Shown here piece by piece: positions 1 to 13,490 of a DNA stretch of 64,000 nucleotides. This DNA comes from the human T2T-CHM13v2.0 reference genome, Homo sapiens. The stretch's first letter is position 1; the number at the start of each line of letters is the position of its first letter. A program made the position numbers and the translations under genes. Where the stretch lies: NCBI RefSeq assembly GCF_009914755.1, contig NC_060926.1; one strand, given 5' to 3'. The notes under the pieces are model-generated. The model ran no database searches, was not told the origin of the DNA, and was given only the letters and a program-made list of their open reading frames with translations.

Positions 1-1303
1 AGACACAAAAGTGTGTAGGAAGCATTCAGCTATTTTTTTTTTTAAACAAATTGCCAATGACCTTGTGTGGGCTGGCACCAGAGTGCAGGTCTGGAGAGCT
101 GCACTCACAAAGGGAGTTTGCATCACACACAGGATCCTGTCCACAGATAAGAGCCTCCTTGATGAGTCATGCCCTGCAGTGAGGCAGGCTTGGAGGAGCT
201 GACGTTTATCTGGAGGCCTCTGCTGGTGCTGGTTGCTGGGGCAGCAAGTCCTCCACCTTCAAAGGCACTCCGCTCCTCCTCCCTCCTGCCTTCGCCCACA
301 AGGTCTTCACCTCATTCCAATTCTGCCAGCTCTGCCCTCCCCAACCAAAGTGCCGTGGAAAGCAGTCCCCGGCCACTGCCTTCATCTCCTTGCCTCCCCC
401 TCACTCCTCCATATCCTACCGTTCCATTAAAATGACTCCAAAAGAAGTCAGAGATGCCCTCTGAATTGCTCAAATCACTTGACAGGCTCCTGTCTGACCT
501 CCCTAAGGCACGGCCCTGCAGACTGTTGCTGAGCTAATGCTTCTGCTCTCCTGAACCCTCTCTAACCAGCCCGGCCCTTCACAGCCCCTACCTCTGCATG
601 TCCCTCCTGCTCCATGCTGCCCAGGGTGGTATTCTAGGCTATGTCTATTCTCATTCCAAAGCTCTCCCCAGCTCTTACCCACACTCTGACTGTAACTATC
701 ACCCGTAACCTAGTGATGTTCTCACGCTACCACGTGCCAAGCACCACACACAGCAGTTTATAATATATACGAATTCAAGCCCACAAAACACGGAGGCTCA
801 GAGGAATTAACTTCTCTAAGGCCACAGGGAGATTTAGAGCCAAAATGAGAACTCATGGCAGTGTGATTCTAAAGTTCTCATGGTGAGCAGCTTTACTACA
901 CATCCCCCAAACTAAAGAGCAGCGATGATTCAAACTGCCACCTGGATGCCTCTACTTATATACTTAATAAAACTCTCTCTTCCTGGTATCTAACAGGATG
1001 ATCTCATTCATAGCATGGTGAAACTGGCGGCGCCCTGAAGATTCCTCTTCAAGGGAGGACTGAATGCCCCAGCAACCAGCAGAGGCCTCCAGACAAATGT
1101 CAGCTCCTCCAAGCCTGCCTTGCTGCAGGGCATGACTCATCAAGGAGCCTCTTATCTGTGGACAGGAGCCTGTGTGTGATGCAAACTCCCTTCGTGAGTG
1201 CAGCTCTCCAGACCTGCACTCTGATGCCAGCCCACACAAGGTCATTAGCAATTTGTTTAAAAAAAGAAAAATAGCTGAATTCTTCCTACACACTTTTATG
1301 TCT
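1..1303. repeat. Long inverted repeat in intron 9 (arms 1-243 and 1065-1303)
   Basis: Reverse complement of 1065-1303 aligns to 1-243 with about 11 substitutions and 2 small indels; the left arm may extend beyond the window. Confidence 0.95.
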
Positions 1304-2611
1304 CTTCCTGGGCTCTGCCTACTCTCTCCCTGTGGGATCTTGTTTGGTTACCCTGAGCAACCTTCACTCTCTGATGGCTTCAAGAAATACATGTTCTGTG
1401 GTTTATCTGTTTTTTCTTGTTTTTCTTGTTGTTTGGATGGGAATAACATTCTTTTCAGTGTTCTATATTCTCAGTGCACGTGGAACTCTTATAGCTTATT
1501 TTTTCTCTTTGCTGACTTTAATCAAATTTTCATATATTCTAATTTACTAATCTCTCCCTCTGTTATGTATTCTCAGCACCTTGTATAAAAAATCTTTCCC
1601 CACTCCTAATTATAAAGGCAGTCCCCAATATTTCCTCTTAAATGTTTTTATATTTTGTTTTTCACATTTCACATTAGGAATGCAAATGTGTTATTTTTTT
1701 ATTTATGGCATAAGGTAAAGCTTTTTCCCCCCCTCTCATTTGGACCACCCACTAATTTTCTGGGCACCCTTTACTGAGTAGTTTGTCTTTTCTCATACAA
1801 TTGTCTATAAATTTGGCGTCCACATATGAGTGGACCTGTTTCGGATCTCTACATTATTGTGTCACTGGTCTACTTACTAAGGCTTGTAAACTTGATATTA
1901 CAGGAATGTTCTCCTGTTTGTTCAGCCAGATCTGGGCTTAGTCTTTTGCTTTTCTACACGGATTCTAAAATCAGCTTGAGCAAGTCCATGAAGAAGCTTC
2001 CTGGAGATGCTGACAGGAATTACTCTGGATTTGTGGAACTGGATAGAGATGGCATCTCTACAGCATTGAGTCTGTGCACCAACGGACATGGCATTTCTCT
2101 CCTTTGATTCAGAACTTCTTATCTTTCAATAAAATTTCAGAATTTTCTCCATAAAGGTCCTACACATATTTTAAAAAGATCTGTCCCTAGATATTTATGG
2201 TGGAAAATTCTGAGTGGCCCTAAAAATGCAGTCTCCTCTTCTTCCTGGGCACGTAGGTGGACTATATTTGCCAGGCTCCTTTGCAGCAGGTGTGAACAGG
2301 AGGCAGCCCCCTTTCTCCAGAGTCCTTTAAGAGCATGTGCACCTCCTCCATAGCTAGCACTTGAATGCAGTGACCTCATCATGACTATGTAGGGCTGACA
2401 AGGCCCTAAGGGATGGGAGGGTCCTGAGTCCCCAAATCAGTCCACAGAGGGGAATGACCTGCTGGCTTGCAACACCCTCTCTGGACAAAGACGTGAAACG
2501 AGGGGAGGTGAAAACCAAGCTTAGTGTGTTTTTGTAAGACTGAAAATGATTTGGCTGTAGAGACAGAGAAAAAGCTTTGCGCAGGATATAGACATTTTTC
2601 TTTTTAAAATG

Positions 2612-2735
2612 TTTTTGTAGAGATGGGGTCTCCCTATGCTGCCTAGGTTGGTCTCCAACTCCTGGGCTCAAGCGATTCTCCCACCTAAGCCTTCCAAAGT
2701 GCTGGGATTACAAGCGTGAGCCACCAAGCCCAGCC
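2612..2735 (-). mobile_element. Alu monomer (FLAM-like)
   Basis: Left-arm-type Alu consensus, reverse orientation. Confidence 0.8.
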
Positions 2736-3083
2736 GCAATTTTCCTAGACCTCAGAAGTTGGACTAGATTTGTTTGTATATAAATGGGGATAAAGAAAAT
2801 TGCAGGCAGAGGGAAGCACAGAGGTGTGGAAGCATGAGCTGTCACAAGAGAAGGGCAAGTAGCATGGCAATGGACTAGTGGGTGTGATACTTGAAAGGAA
2901 GAGGTGGGCAGTGAGGCTAGAAAGAAGGGATGGGACTGCATTGTGGGCAGCCTTGAACTTGGACTTTGTTACGTAACGGGAGCCACTGGAGGTTTTCAAG
3001 CATCAGCCTAAATCATTCTGCAAGAAAAATGACAAACGATGCCCTTCATTAGGACCCTTTGAACCAAATGCTAACAGTTCTTA

Positions 3084-3263
<180 letters not shown>

Positions 3264-3877
3264 TTATCTCAGATGTATGAGCTGTTAGATCAGAGGGTGG
3301 TACTGGCCACCAAAACAGCAAAAGCCAGCCAACCTCAGTTCTCCCCTCTACAAAACAAAACCCTCAGGCTAAGAGGGACAAGAAAGCCAAGGACCATAGC
3401 ATGTGAAAATTCTCTGCTCACCCAGGTTTCCTGACAAATCTGTCTTATTTAACTTGAGGAAAGAGAACATGCTGAATTATATTACTTTGCTTGGAAAAGT
3501 TATACCTTTTAAGCACTCTAAAAAAATTCTGATAAAAGCAAAAACTACATAGTAGTCAAAGGCAATGAGTTTTAGAAGAGTGGAAGAGTGATAAGATCGC
3601 TACTAAAATACAAAACTTTTACCATTTTAAAAGATGAAAACTGTCAAGCCTGCTGTGATTCGCAATCCTGGGTATTAGTTCTCATTCTCTCTACTTTTTA
3701 AAACTGTGCTTCACTTTACTCCACTTTGCAGACATTACATTAAAAATTTTTTGAGGTAAAATATACGTATACAATTTGCTATTCTTAAGTGTACAGTTCA
3801 TCAGTAACAAATACATTTATATTATTTGCCTTTTATTTATTTTTAATATATAAATTATTTTTAATTATTTATAATAA

Positions 3878-4004
3878 TTTTTTAATATAGAGGTGGGGTC
3901 TTGCTATGTTGGCCAGGTTGGTTTTGAACTCCTAAGCTCAGGCAATCCTCCTGCACTGGCCTCCCAAAATGCTAGTATTACAGGCATGAGCCACTGTGCC
4001 TAGC
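3878..4004 (-). mobile_element. Alu monomer (FLAM-like)
   Basis: Left-arm-type Alu consensus, reverse orientation. Confidence 0.75.
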
Positions 4005-4287
4005 CTTCTTTGCTTTTTAAATCCTGAAAAATTCAGTATCACTTATTTACATACAAAAAGCAACTATACAATTTTGTTAAAACACTTTAAAAATATCTTA
4101 TAAAAAAAGAAAACAAATTCTTATAACTGCTTGCAATTATGTTTCCAAAAATATTTTGCAATTAACATCCTTTTCCATTTACAGACCAAGAGAGTTCTCT
4201 GCCATGAAAAGAAAATCTGAGGTGAAGCTGAAGTTGACAAAGTTCAATCTGAACTTAAGACCAAGGACACACAACATGAGCACTTAC

Positions 4288-4409
4288 TTTGACAGTTCTG
4301 ACATTTCTTCATCATAAATTCTCTTCCTATCAGACAATTCATCCGGCAAATATCGAAATATTAATTCTTCGGCCAGAACAGTTATGTTAAAGTTTCTGCT
4401 TGCCAATAA
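4288..4409 (-). CDS. LONRF2: LONRF2 coding exon 8 (LLASRNFNITVLAEELIFRYLPDELSDRKRIYDEEMSELSN)
   Basis: tacag|TTA acceptor, AA|gtaagt donor, 122 nt. Confidence 0.96.
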
Positions 4410-5046
4410 CTGTAACAAAAAAAAGTCAAATGATACTGTATGGTAATTGATTCTAAAGGACGAAGCTTCCGAGTGGAAAGGTGAACAAGGAGGTGGTGGG
4501 TGGGATCTCTGAGCAGGTAAGAAGGAAAAGGGATGGAGAGAGAGGCGGGCCAGCCTGTAACAAGAGCAGGGGCAGCCCCTCCACTGTGAGAAAAGGCCAG
4601 GAGGAGGCGTTCACCTGGATGAAGGATGAGGCAACTCAATCTTGACAGCATCTACATTTTCAACCAAGTGCCATGATGTTGGTGAGAGGGGAGGAAGTGA
4701 AGTAGGGCATGTTGGGAGAGGAGAGACTTTTGCAATGATCAGCTTGGAAAGTGAAGAACTGGAACTACTAGAGAAAGAATGTAAGAATGATTACTTATGT
4801 TTTGAGTCTAAGACTTAAAATTTTTCATTTAAACTGACACCAATCTTCCCAACATTGTGTTTTTTTCTAGCTTTGTTGTATTACTTAGGATGCATGCAAA
4901 AGGCAAAGGTTGACTTTTTTTGGATTGAGAAAGAGAGAGAGGGACCATGGATTAAAGCGGGATGTGAAGGGAAGGTAGGAGACTGAACAAGAAAGTGCTG
5001 GGATCGGTGGGTGGAAGGGCCACAATGTGGCTGAACTACTACTCTG

Positions 5047-5080
5047 CGTGTGTGTGTGTGCGCGTGTGTATGTGTGCACA
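5047..5080. repeat. (GT)n/(GC)n microsatellite
   Basis: gtgtgtgtgtgtgcgcgtgtgtatgtgtgcaca. Confidence 0.85.
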
Positions 5081-5844
5081 CAGATTAGTAGTTTGGTAGG
5101 TTGCACTGTTTTATTGCAGGCATGTATACTAGCATATAGTAGCTCTTTTCACTGACATTCTGATGCACATCAGGGACCACTGCAGGTGCTTTATTAGTCC
5201 TGAAAACAGTATAATACTATAGTTGTTCTCTCCACTGCGCTCATAAAGCTGTGATTCAGAAAGGGTAAGGGGTCAGTGCTGAGCCACCATGGCATAGCGA
5301 GGACCCCAGGCCTGGCGGGCTTCAGGGCTCTGCTCTTTCCTTGGTGGCCTGCTGCATTTCTGGGCTTGGGATGGCTCCACGTATTTCCAACACACCATGG
5401 CTGGGTGAGTCCTTCGCATACTGCCAGGTTTCCTTGTGGTTGGTGTGAAACAAACTAAATGTATTGCTGTGATTGACTGAGAACCAGGAGTTCAAACTTT
5501 GGAAACGCCTATGTTTGAGAACCACCATCACAGGGTAACTGGTAGAGAAACAGGCTATCATCTCACTCACAAAACTGCTTCATAATTGTCATTATTAATG
5601 ACATAGGTATTTAATAAATGGTTTATGATGTCCTTTTATTGAAGAGTAATACAATAAAACATGCTCTACTTGGCATGATGCTAGCCAAGGGTTCTGGAGA
5701 TTCATATATAATTGATGATTCAGGTCCCTGGTAGTGCATGCAAAGTCATTTATGCGCATGATGTGACTCCCGCATTGAAGAAAGACAAAACTATAATTTT
5801 GGATTTTATTTCACTTTATAGCATTCTAATTTCTGGAACATTAG

Positions 5845-6291
<447 letters not shown>

Positions 6292-7117
6292 AAGCAGCTT
6301 CTATTCTAGTGACGACCTCCAGCTATCACTTCTTCACTCAGCCCCCTACAAGGCAGCATCGAAACAGAAGTGAGTAAGGTCTGTGTTGTAAACAGGGCTC
6401 ACACATACATGCATTTTATTCTTGTAAGAACAGATGAGCCTGTTCTGGCCCAGGCAGGCACCAAAACAAGAGGCAGTGGGTCCGATGCATCTACTAGCAA
6501 GAAGAGACAGCAAATGCCCAGAGGAAAACTGCACAGGGGCCACCAAGGAAACAGCTCTGCAGACTCAGAGCACAGTCACCACTGTGACACACAGCGCACA
6601 GCACAATAATTGATGTTCACGAGAACTCTGAAGAATTTAAAAAGATTCAGTATGCATGCAATTTAATAAAGCAAGTATGTGCATACAATGTTTTAGAAAA
6701 TGTTTTCAATTGTAACTAGTTATTTTAATGTTTTGGCAGTAAATTTTAAAGGTTATAATTATTTAAAACTTCACTTAAGTATAATATCTCATCTTATCAC
6801 ATCAGATTTAAAAAATAAATTTTACTGTACGTTTGTAAAAAGAAAAAAAAACTTTATCCTACTTAAAATGCATTCAATAAGTTTAATCTCTGGAAAGTAA
6901 TTAAGGCAAATATTATCAGTCTCATTTAATGAATGCAAAACAAAGGAAGATACTCCCCACCCCCTTAAGATGTTATATGACTTGCTCCATAGAAAGTTCA
7001 TGGCACTAATAGGACCACAGCCCAATACAGCTGATATGGATTCACTATTTCAGGAATTGATCAGAAGGTCTTCAGCTTTTAAATACTCTTCATTGTATTT
7101 ACCATACCTAACGTAAA

Positions 7118-7233
7118 TGGATTTAATAGTTTATATTGGGGCTAAATATCATTAAATAGCTTCCCCATGGAACCTGGATTTAATAGTTTATATTGGGGCT
7201 AAATATCATTAAATAGCTTCCCCATGGGACCTG
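7118..7233. repeat. Tandem duplication of a 57-bp unit (2 copies, 1 mismatch)
   Basis: tggatttaatagtttatattggggctaaatatcattaaatagcttccccatgg(a/g)acc at 7118 and 7175. Confidence 0.95.
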
Positions 7234-7678
7234 AATTTTACTGGTTTTGATTTCAGACCAAAGACAATAATAACTGACAACTGTAAAAGCCCTAAAGGGA
7301 CTCACCTGTGGTCAGAAATGATCAAGTCTTCAATCCTACGAAAAACTCTCAAGATGAAAAAGAGAATTCCTGGAGCACATTAAGTGCACCATGACAACGT
7401 CTCAACCATTTACAATGAACGTAATGTAGGGTTCATAATGTTAGCTATTTTCAATCTATCTCAACTAAAATTTCTACCTAAAAATGTCCTTAACATTTAG
7501 CAATTTCTGTATGTCAACCTTCCTTGTGTATTTCTTGATTCATCAAAGAGATGAGAAAAGACCTATCTTTGATTGGAGAAATCTCAGTTTCTTTAACAAC
7601 TGGGTGGGGGAAGCAACACGAGACAGGGAGTAAGCGTCCACCAAGGGATGAGAGGAGGAGCTGTCCCGTCATTTCCTA

Positions 7679-7825
<147 letters not shown>

Positions 7826-8080
7826 TCAGCCAGAAATGTCCAGGACAGACTTTCAAATCATGGACTGGTTTTTGAAGGATTCCTTATGCAATCCCCTTTC
7901 TGTTCTAGAAATCACTTGCATGCACTTTCATTTTATATCTTATTAAATCTTTAGAAAATAAATCAATTATTACTGAGCTCTCCCTAGTTTCCGTGATAAT
8001 AAAAAGCCCATTACACTTTGGCATACATTTCAGAAAGGCTGCAGTTTTAAAAGAGTTGCACGGATTCTGTACCATCCTAC

Positions 8081-8174
8081 CTCATGCAGAGGGCACACTC
8101 AAAGTCAGTTACATCAAGCGAGAGCCCCTGACTTTCTTCTGTCTCAGAGTTTGGGCTCCTTTGAGGTGAGAGAT
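8081..8174 (-). CDS. LONRF2: LONRF2 coding exon 6 (DLSPQRSPNSETEESQGLSLDVTDFECALCMR; start of second RING)
   Basis: ttcag|AT acceptor, GAG|gtagga donor, 94 nt. Confidence 0.95.
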
Positions 8175-8571
8175 CTGAATGCGAAAAAATTTAAAACGCT
8201 GTAATTAACACCTAAGCACCTGAACAACAGCATGCAAGAAATGTATTTTCTCTGGACCAAACGTGTTGTATCAATGTAACAAATCACACTGGGCAGAAAT
8301 AGTTCCTGCCCAGTTAACAGCATACAGCAATAATTTATCTGGATGGTAAGCATGAATAAAATTTTAAATTATAGCTAAATTTTCTCTGCTATTTTTGACT
8401 ATGAAGTCTTTGCAGTATAAAACATCTAAAATGCTCTATAATCCTAGAGCTGATATAATCATTTCATTACTAATATTAAATGTTGTAAAAATTTAAAAAA
8501 TATATTGAATACTAGTTAACATTCTATCACTTTGGAGTCACAGAACTGCCTGATGAAAACAGTTCACTGAC

Positions 8572-8773
8572 CTTTCTTGGGAATTTTTCCAGGGGCGTTC
8601 AGGTCAGGTGCATCCTCCACGTCATCCGGAAACTGTCTCTTTAAGCCAGCGCTGGGTGCTGTTGGAAGGATGCTTTCTAACGCCTTTTTATCCTCTTCGA
8701 AGTGTAGGCCCAGTATAAAATACAAAACTGAAGAATTGGTATTTCCAAGCATATCAGATTTCTCAGATGAATT
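8572..8773 (-). CDS. LONRF2: LONRF2 coding exon 5 (NSSEKSDMLGNTNSS...PGKIPKK)
   Basis: ORF 8564..8752; accag|AAT acceptor, AAAG|gtcagt donor, 202 nt. Confidence 0.95.
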
Positions 8774-9010
8774 CTGGTTAAGTGGGAAAAAAAGGAATCC
8801 TGAGTATTAAAGAAATCATAGCATAAGAGAAAAAGAATGCAGAAGCCTGTACTAGAAATCTTTGGAAAAAAAAAGGGGGGGGGGCATACACTCTTCTTCA
8901 TAATTGGTTTCATCTGTTAATTTCTAAGATGAGCTTTATTCTTTTCACAGTAAAATACAGGATAATTTCTTCCTGAGCCAGGGCAAGTGAAAAGTTATCT
9001 TCATATGCAA

Positions 9011-9066
9011 TCTGTCTGTCTATCTATCTACACACACACACACATACACATACACACGTACACACA
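9011..9066. repeat. (TCTG/TCTA)n + (CA)n microsatellite
   Basis: Direct reading. Confidence 0.85.
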
Positions 9067-9105
9067 TAAAATCATATATCATATTCAAATCATCCCTTTG
9101 CTTTA

Positions 9106-9212
9106 TTTTTTTTTTTAATTACACTTTAAGTTCTAGGGTACATGTGTACAACGTGCAGGTTTGTTACATATGTATACATGTGCCATGTTGGTGTGCTGCC
9201 CCCTTTAACTTG
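9106..9212 (-). mobile_element. Severely 5'-truncated L1PA 3' end
   Basis: actttaagttctagggtacatgtg..caacgtgcaggtttgttacat L1PA terminus; TSD tccctttgctttatttt. Confidence 0.88.
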
Positions 9213-9497
9213 TCCCTTTGCTTTATTTTCTCCAAGCCAAAATAACTTCAAGTCTCCTGCCGTTTGGGGTGATTTGGTGGTGTTCTAAAGCTTCTTTCAA
9301 TCTTTAATCATTTTCATTACTTCCATAGACTTCATGTAAAAGTTCCAACTCCCAGGTTGAGGAGCTACAACTGGTCTTGAGAAATATGTCTAACTAACAT
9401 AATGCCATAATGTGTGAATAATCTGTAAACTGTTTAAAATGAAGCCATTATGTAAAGCTTAATCAAGAGAATCCTGACAAATGCATGCACGTCATAC

Positions 9498-9641
9498 CTC
9501 TGAGCTCCCTGCATCACCTTCTTCCAGCAGAGCCTGGGCATTCATGTGGCTGTGACCCTGAGCCTTTAATCTGCTTTGGATGGAAGATGTTAAATTTTCA
9601 TGCACATTTGCTGTAGCTGAAAACAGCACTTCACACATTAC
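9498..9641 (-). CDS. LONRF2: LONRF2 coding exon 4 (VMCEVLFSATANVHENL...EEGDAGSSE)
   Basis: tatag|GTA acceptor, GAG|gtatga donor, 144 nt. Confidence 0.95.
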
Positions 9642-10699
9642 CTATAAAATTGCCAAGAAAAGAAAAAATATATATTTTAAAACACTTTTGTAAAAATATA
9701 GTATGTCTTATAGATTCAGAGGAAACTAAGAGGCCAAATAAGCCTAAAATGTTGAAAAGAATAATTTTAACTGCCAACCTTTTAAAATCCAAACATTTTT
9801 GAAACCAGAGTCAATATTTTAAGTTATTTTAGCTTCCAATCCCTTTCCATCTTACACTTCCCAATGACAAAATGATAGCAATACCACTTCCTTCTACCTG
9901 GTCCTTACACACTATATAAAATCTCCCCTAAAAGCCACACAGATAAAAGAGAAAGGGAGTGTAAAGGTTGCTGGGGGCCTTGAATTAAATCTAAGCTGTG
10001 ATCACCCACAGGGCTGAGGTCACTATACAGAACTGCTTTATTTATGAGAACCAGAAGACCCACCTCGTAAAGAACTTTAAAGGAAGAGAGAGGGAAAGGC
10101 CCTAATTGTGGTTCAAGAACCAGGGAATGGAATTGGTTGGGGCAGGGGAAGGGTGGTCAGCAATGGCCAGTTAGGCATTCTAGCTGACACCCAATGCTAG
10201 CAGACACTCAAATGGTCCTGTCAAACCTCATGGCTTCAGCTGCATCCAAGGCTTGAGGAAAGCAGAAAGGAGTGACTGAAACCTAAACAAAGACTCCTCC
10301 CACTCTCCACTGTTCCTCATGGTTCAAGGTGAGTGCGCTAGAATCCATGGCCCTGCAGCAATGCGCACCACCACCCTCAGCAGGGACATCAATGTCCTCA
10401 GCCCCAGCTCTGAGCAGCCTCAACAGAGCTGCTGGAGATGGAGCCACATTCCATGTGAACAGGCTAACATTGTTTTTGGTACCGTCTGTGATACAAGATA
10501 TCTATCAGCCATAGAATGTCCAGGGGAAAACACCATGTCTGAAAACGCTCCAGGTAGACAACAACCCAGAAGACCTAAACCCTGGTCCAGGAACCTTGGT
10601 GAATGTGCTTCATCTCTTTGACCTTGGACTGACTTTCTCAGAAAAGTGTTATGAGAATCAGTTGAGATATGTTTTAAGATTCTTAGGAAGTTTCCGTAT

Positions 10700-11330
10700 A
10701 GGACAAAGCAGGCAGGGATAGCTGAATAGCAGGCTGAAGATGCAATATTATTTTAACAAGTTGAAATGATGGCCAAAAACCAATGAGTGATACTGGTCAA
10801 TTGAACAACTGTCAGGACAACTGAATGGGACTAACGCCAATCAATTGCACAAGAGAAGATAAAAAACAACATTGCTCTGAAGTTCTTACTTTTAAAAAAG
10901 AGGAACGAGGTATTTAAAAATAAACATGCCCCTAATGTGAACACAAGTGAAGGTAAAATTTCACCAACTGTGGCTGTCAAATGTAGATGCTAAAACACAG
11001 GGTACATTAGAACACATCCAGAAGAGGAAATCTTAGAAACGCCACTCTGTGAGAAAAGAATGTTTGGCCCACAGGGTGACATTAAGGCAAAGATAATAGC
11101 TGTTCCCAAACATCTAACGTGGTTTGAATTGTACAAGGAAGAACTGATTCATTTTCTGTTGCTCCAGAAAATAGAACTACACAGGTAAGTAAAAATTACA
11201 GGGTAAATACGTGGTAGAAGTTGACAATAAACAGTGTTAAAACAGGGAAGCGCAAACATAAAAACATAAAAACGCTGGTCATTGGAAATGCTAAGTAAAT
11301 ACCAGGTAACTATTGTATAAGCTTTTTAAC
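10700..11330 (+). mobile_element. Ancient L3/CR1 LINE remnant
   Basis: Decayed similarity to CR1 RT C-terminus and 3' region; recalled consensus only. Confidence 0.4.
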
Positions 11331-11774
11331 AGGACAGATTTCCACATTCAGTGTGACTGGATGATGGGTAAAAGAGCAGGTATTTCTGCACTATGCTGGT
11401 GAAGCTTTGCTGAAAATTACAGGTCACCCTATAGAGCCGAATTGATACATTTTACATATATCATAATGTCTTTTATGAAGCTTCTACACAAACTATAATA
11501 ACCTTGCCTAACATGTGTCTTTATGTCAACAGAATCGAGGCATGTTTACACTGTCTCATGAAACACTCTGCTTTACCCAGGGACAAAATATAATGTTTAC
11601 CTAGAAGTTATCCAATGTATGAACCTTACAATTATTGCCATGCGTTTTTTATTGCATTATCACGAACATTCAGAATTATATTTCTTGTTTATTTCACATG
11701 CAAGGGTTACTCAGCATGGACATGAAGGCTATAAATAAGACCTGATAGAGAAAGTCCTTTAACAGAACTCATAC

Positions 11775-11897
11775 CTTCTGTGCTTCTTTCTTCACAGAGT
11801 TACATTCAGGATTCAGAGCAAGGCAGTAGAGAAATTCCTTTAACACTTCCTTACTTCTTCCCAATCCAGAAAGAGCCTGAGCTTTTACTTGATGTCC
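11775..11897 (-). CDS. LONRF2: LONRF2 coding exon 3 (GHQVKAQALSGLGRSKEVLKEFLYCLALNPECNSVKKEAQK)
   Basis: Manual translation; tctag|GGA acceptor, AAG|gtatga donor, 123 nt. Confidence 0.96.
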
Positions 11898-12439
11898 CTA
11901 GATTCACCGAAGACAAAGTGTACATTTTTAAAACCCAGCATGATTATATACTTGAATACAAACTTCCCTGAACAAATTTATTAGAACAATTTGTTTTAAT
12001 TTCACATTACATAGAATAAACAAAGCCCATCAAAGGATGACTCTATCGCTACTTTCTCTACCCTGGAAACTTAGCAAACTTCAATAGCTCATAAATACAA
12101 TCTACAGTCAGAACACAGGAGCTACCATACCTGAAATGTTCTGCTCAAAGGAGTTCTAAGGGACGTGCTAAGAGAAAACTGGCTATCCACTTTAAATTCA
12201 TTCAGCAGTTACAGGTCATTACCATCTTCCTGGCTTCCAGGAGTTTACAGTCTCATGAGCTAAGACAGACACGACTAAACACAATTACAATACAAATCAT
12301 AATATACTAAGTGCCACAATAAAAGTAAACAAAATACAATATGGATCAGTAATTTCCCATGGCATTTTCTTTTCATCTTATGAATGCAGTATTTTCTCAA
12401 ATCTATAAAAACACTATTTTTGTTTCTTTTTTTACTGGT

Positions 12440-13490
12440 TTACATATAGTTGAAAGACTTTCTCTTAGCACTTGAAATATGTTGTTCCAATGTCAACCAG
12501 CTTCCACAGTTTCAGATGAGATGACAACCATAAATATTATTTCCCTGTATGTCATTTTTCTCATTCTCATTCCATGTCATTTTTCTTTACTGCTTTCAAG
12601 ACTTTCCTTTTATCTTTGGTTTACAGCCTAGCCATTTGATTATGACTTGAGTTTATCATTGCTTATAAGTTGAGTTAACCTTCTTGGATCTGAAATTAAT
12701 GTTTCCCACTAAATTTGGAAACTTTTTACCCATTATTTCTTCTTTTTTTTTCTTGCCAAACATTTTCTGTCTTCTTCTGAGATTCCAATTGCACATACGT
12801 TGTACCACTTCATATTGTCCCACAAGTTTCCAAGATTCTTTTCGTTTTTCTTTAATCTTTTTTCTTTCTGTTTTTTGCATTGAATAATTTCTCTTCCTAT
12901 AGATCTATCTTCAATTTCACTGATTATTTTGCCATGTATAATGTGTTATTAACCCTACCTAGAAATTTTAAATTTCAGCATTGATAATTTTTATCTCTAG
13001 AATTTCCTTTTTTTTTTCTTTTTTAGAGACAGGGTCTCACCCTGTTGCCCAGGCTAGAATGCAATGGCATGATCACATCTCACTGTGACCCTTAACTTCT
13101 GGGTTCAAACAATCTGCCTCAGCCTCCAGAGTAGCTCAGACTACAGGCACATGCCACCCTGCCTGGCTAATTTTTTAATTTTTTTGTAGACTTGGGGTCT
13201 CGTGATGTTTCCCAGGCTGGTCTTGAACTCCTGGCCTCAAGTGATCCTCCTGCCTCAGCCTCCCAAAGCATTGGGCATACATGCATGAACCATGAACCCA
13301 GCCAGAATTTCCATTTTTTATAGTTTCCATCTCCCTGTTGAGATTGCTCTTAAGTCAAAGGTACCATATTGTCCTTCAATTCTTTGCATGCAATTTAACT
13401 CTTTGAACTTATGCATAATAACTTCTTCAAAGTCTCTTTGTGGAAAATATAATATCTGGGCCCACTCAGAGACAATTTTAGTTGACTGTT
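12440..13490 (-). mobile_element. Old L1M fragment, interrupted by an Alu
   Basis: T-rich L1 antisense sequence with degenerate ORF1-region similarity. Confidence 0.6.
13006..13303 (-). mobile_element. Alu (AluJ-like)
   Basis: Diverged dimeric Alu; flanking agaatttcc repeat. Confidence 0.88.

Noticed and set aside
11-1293. Paralogous-looking ORF pair MCRKHSAIF / MCRKNSAIF
   Set aside because: Artefact of the inverted repeat; GTG starts, and the frames diverge after an indel
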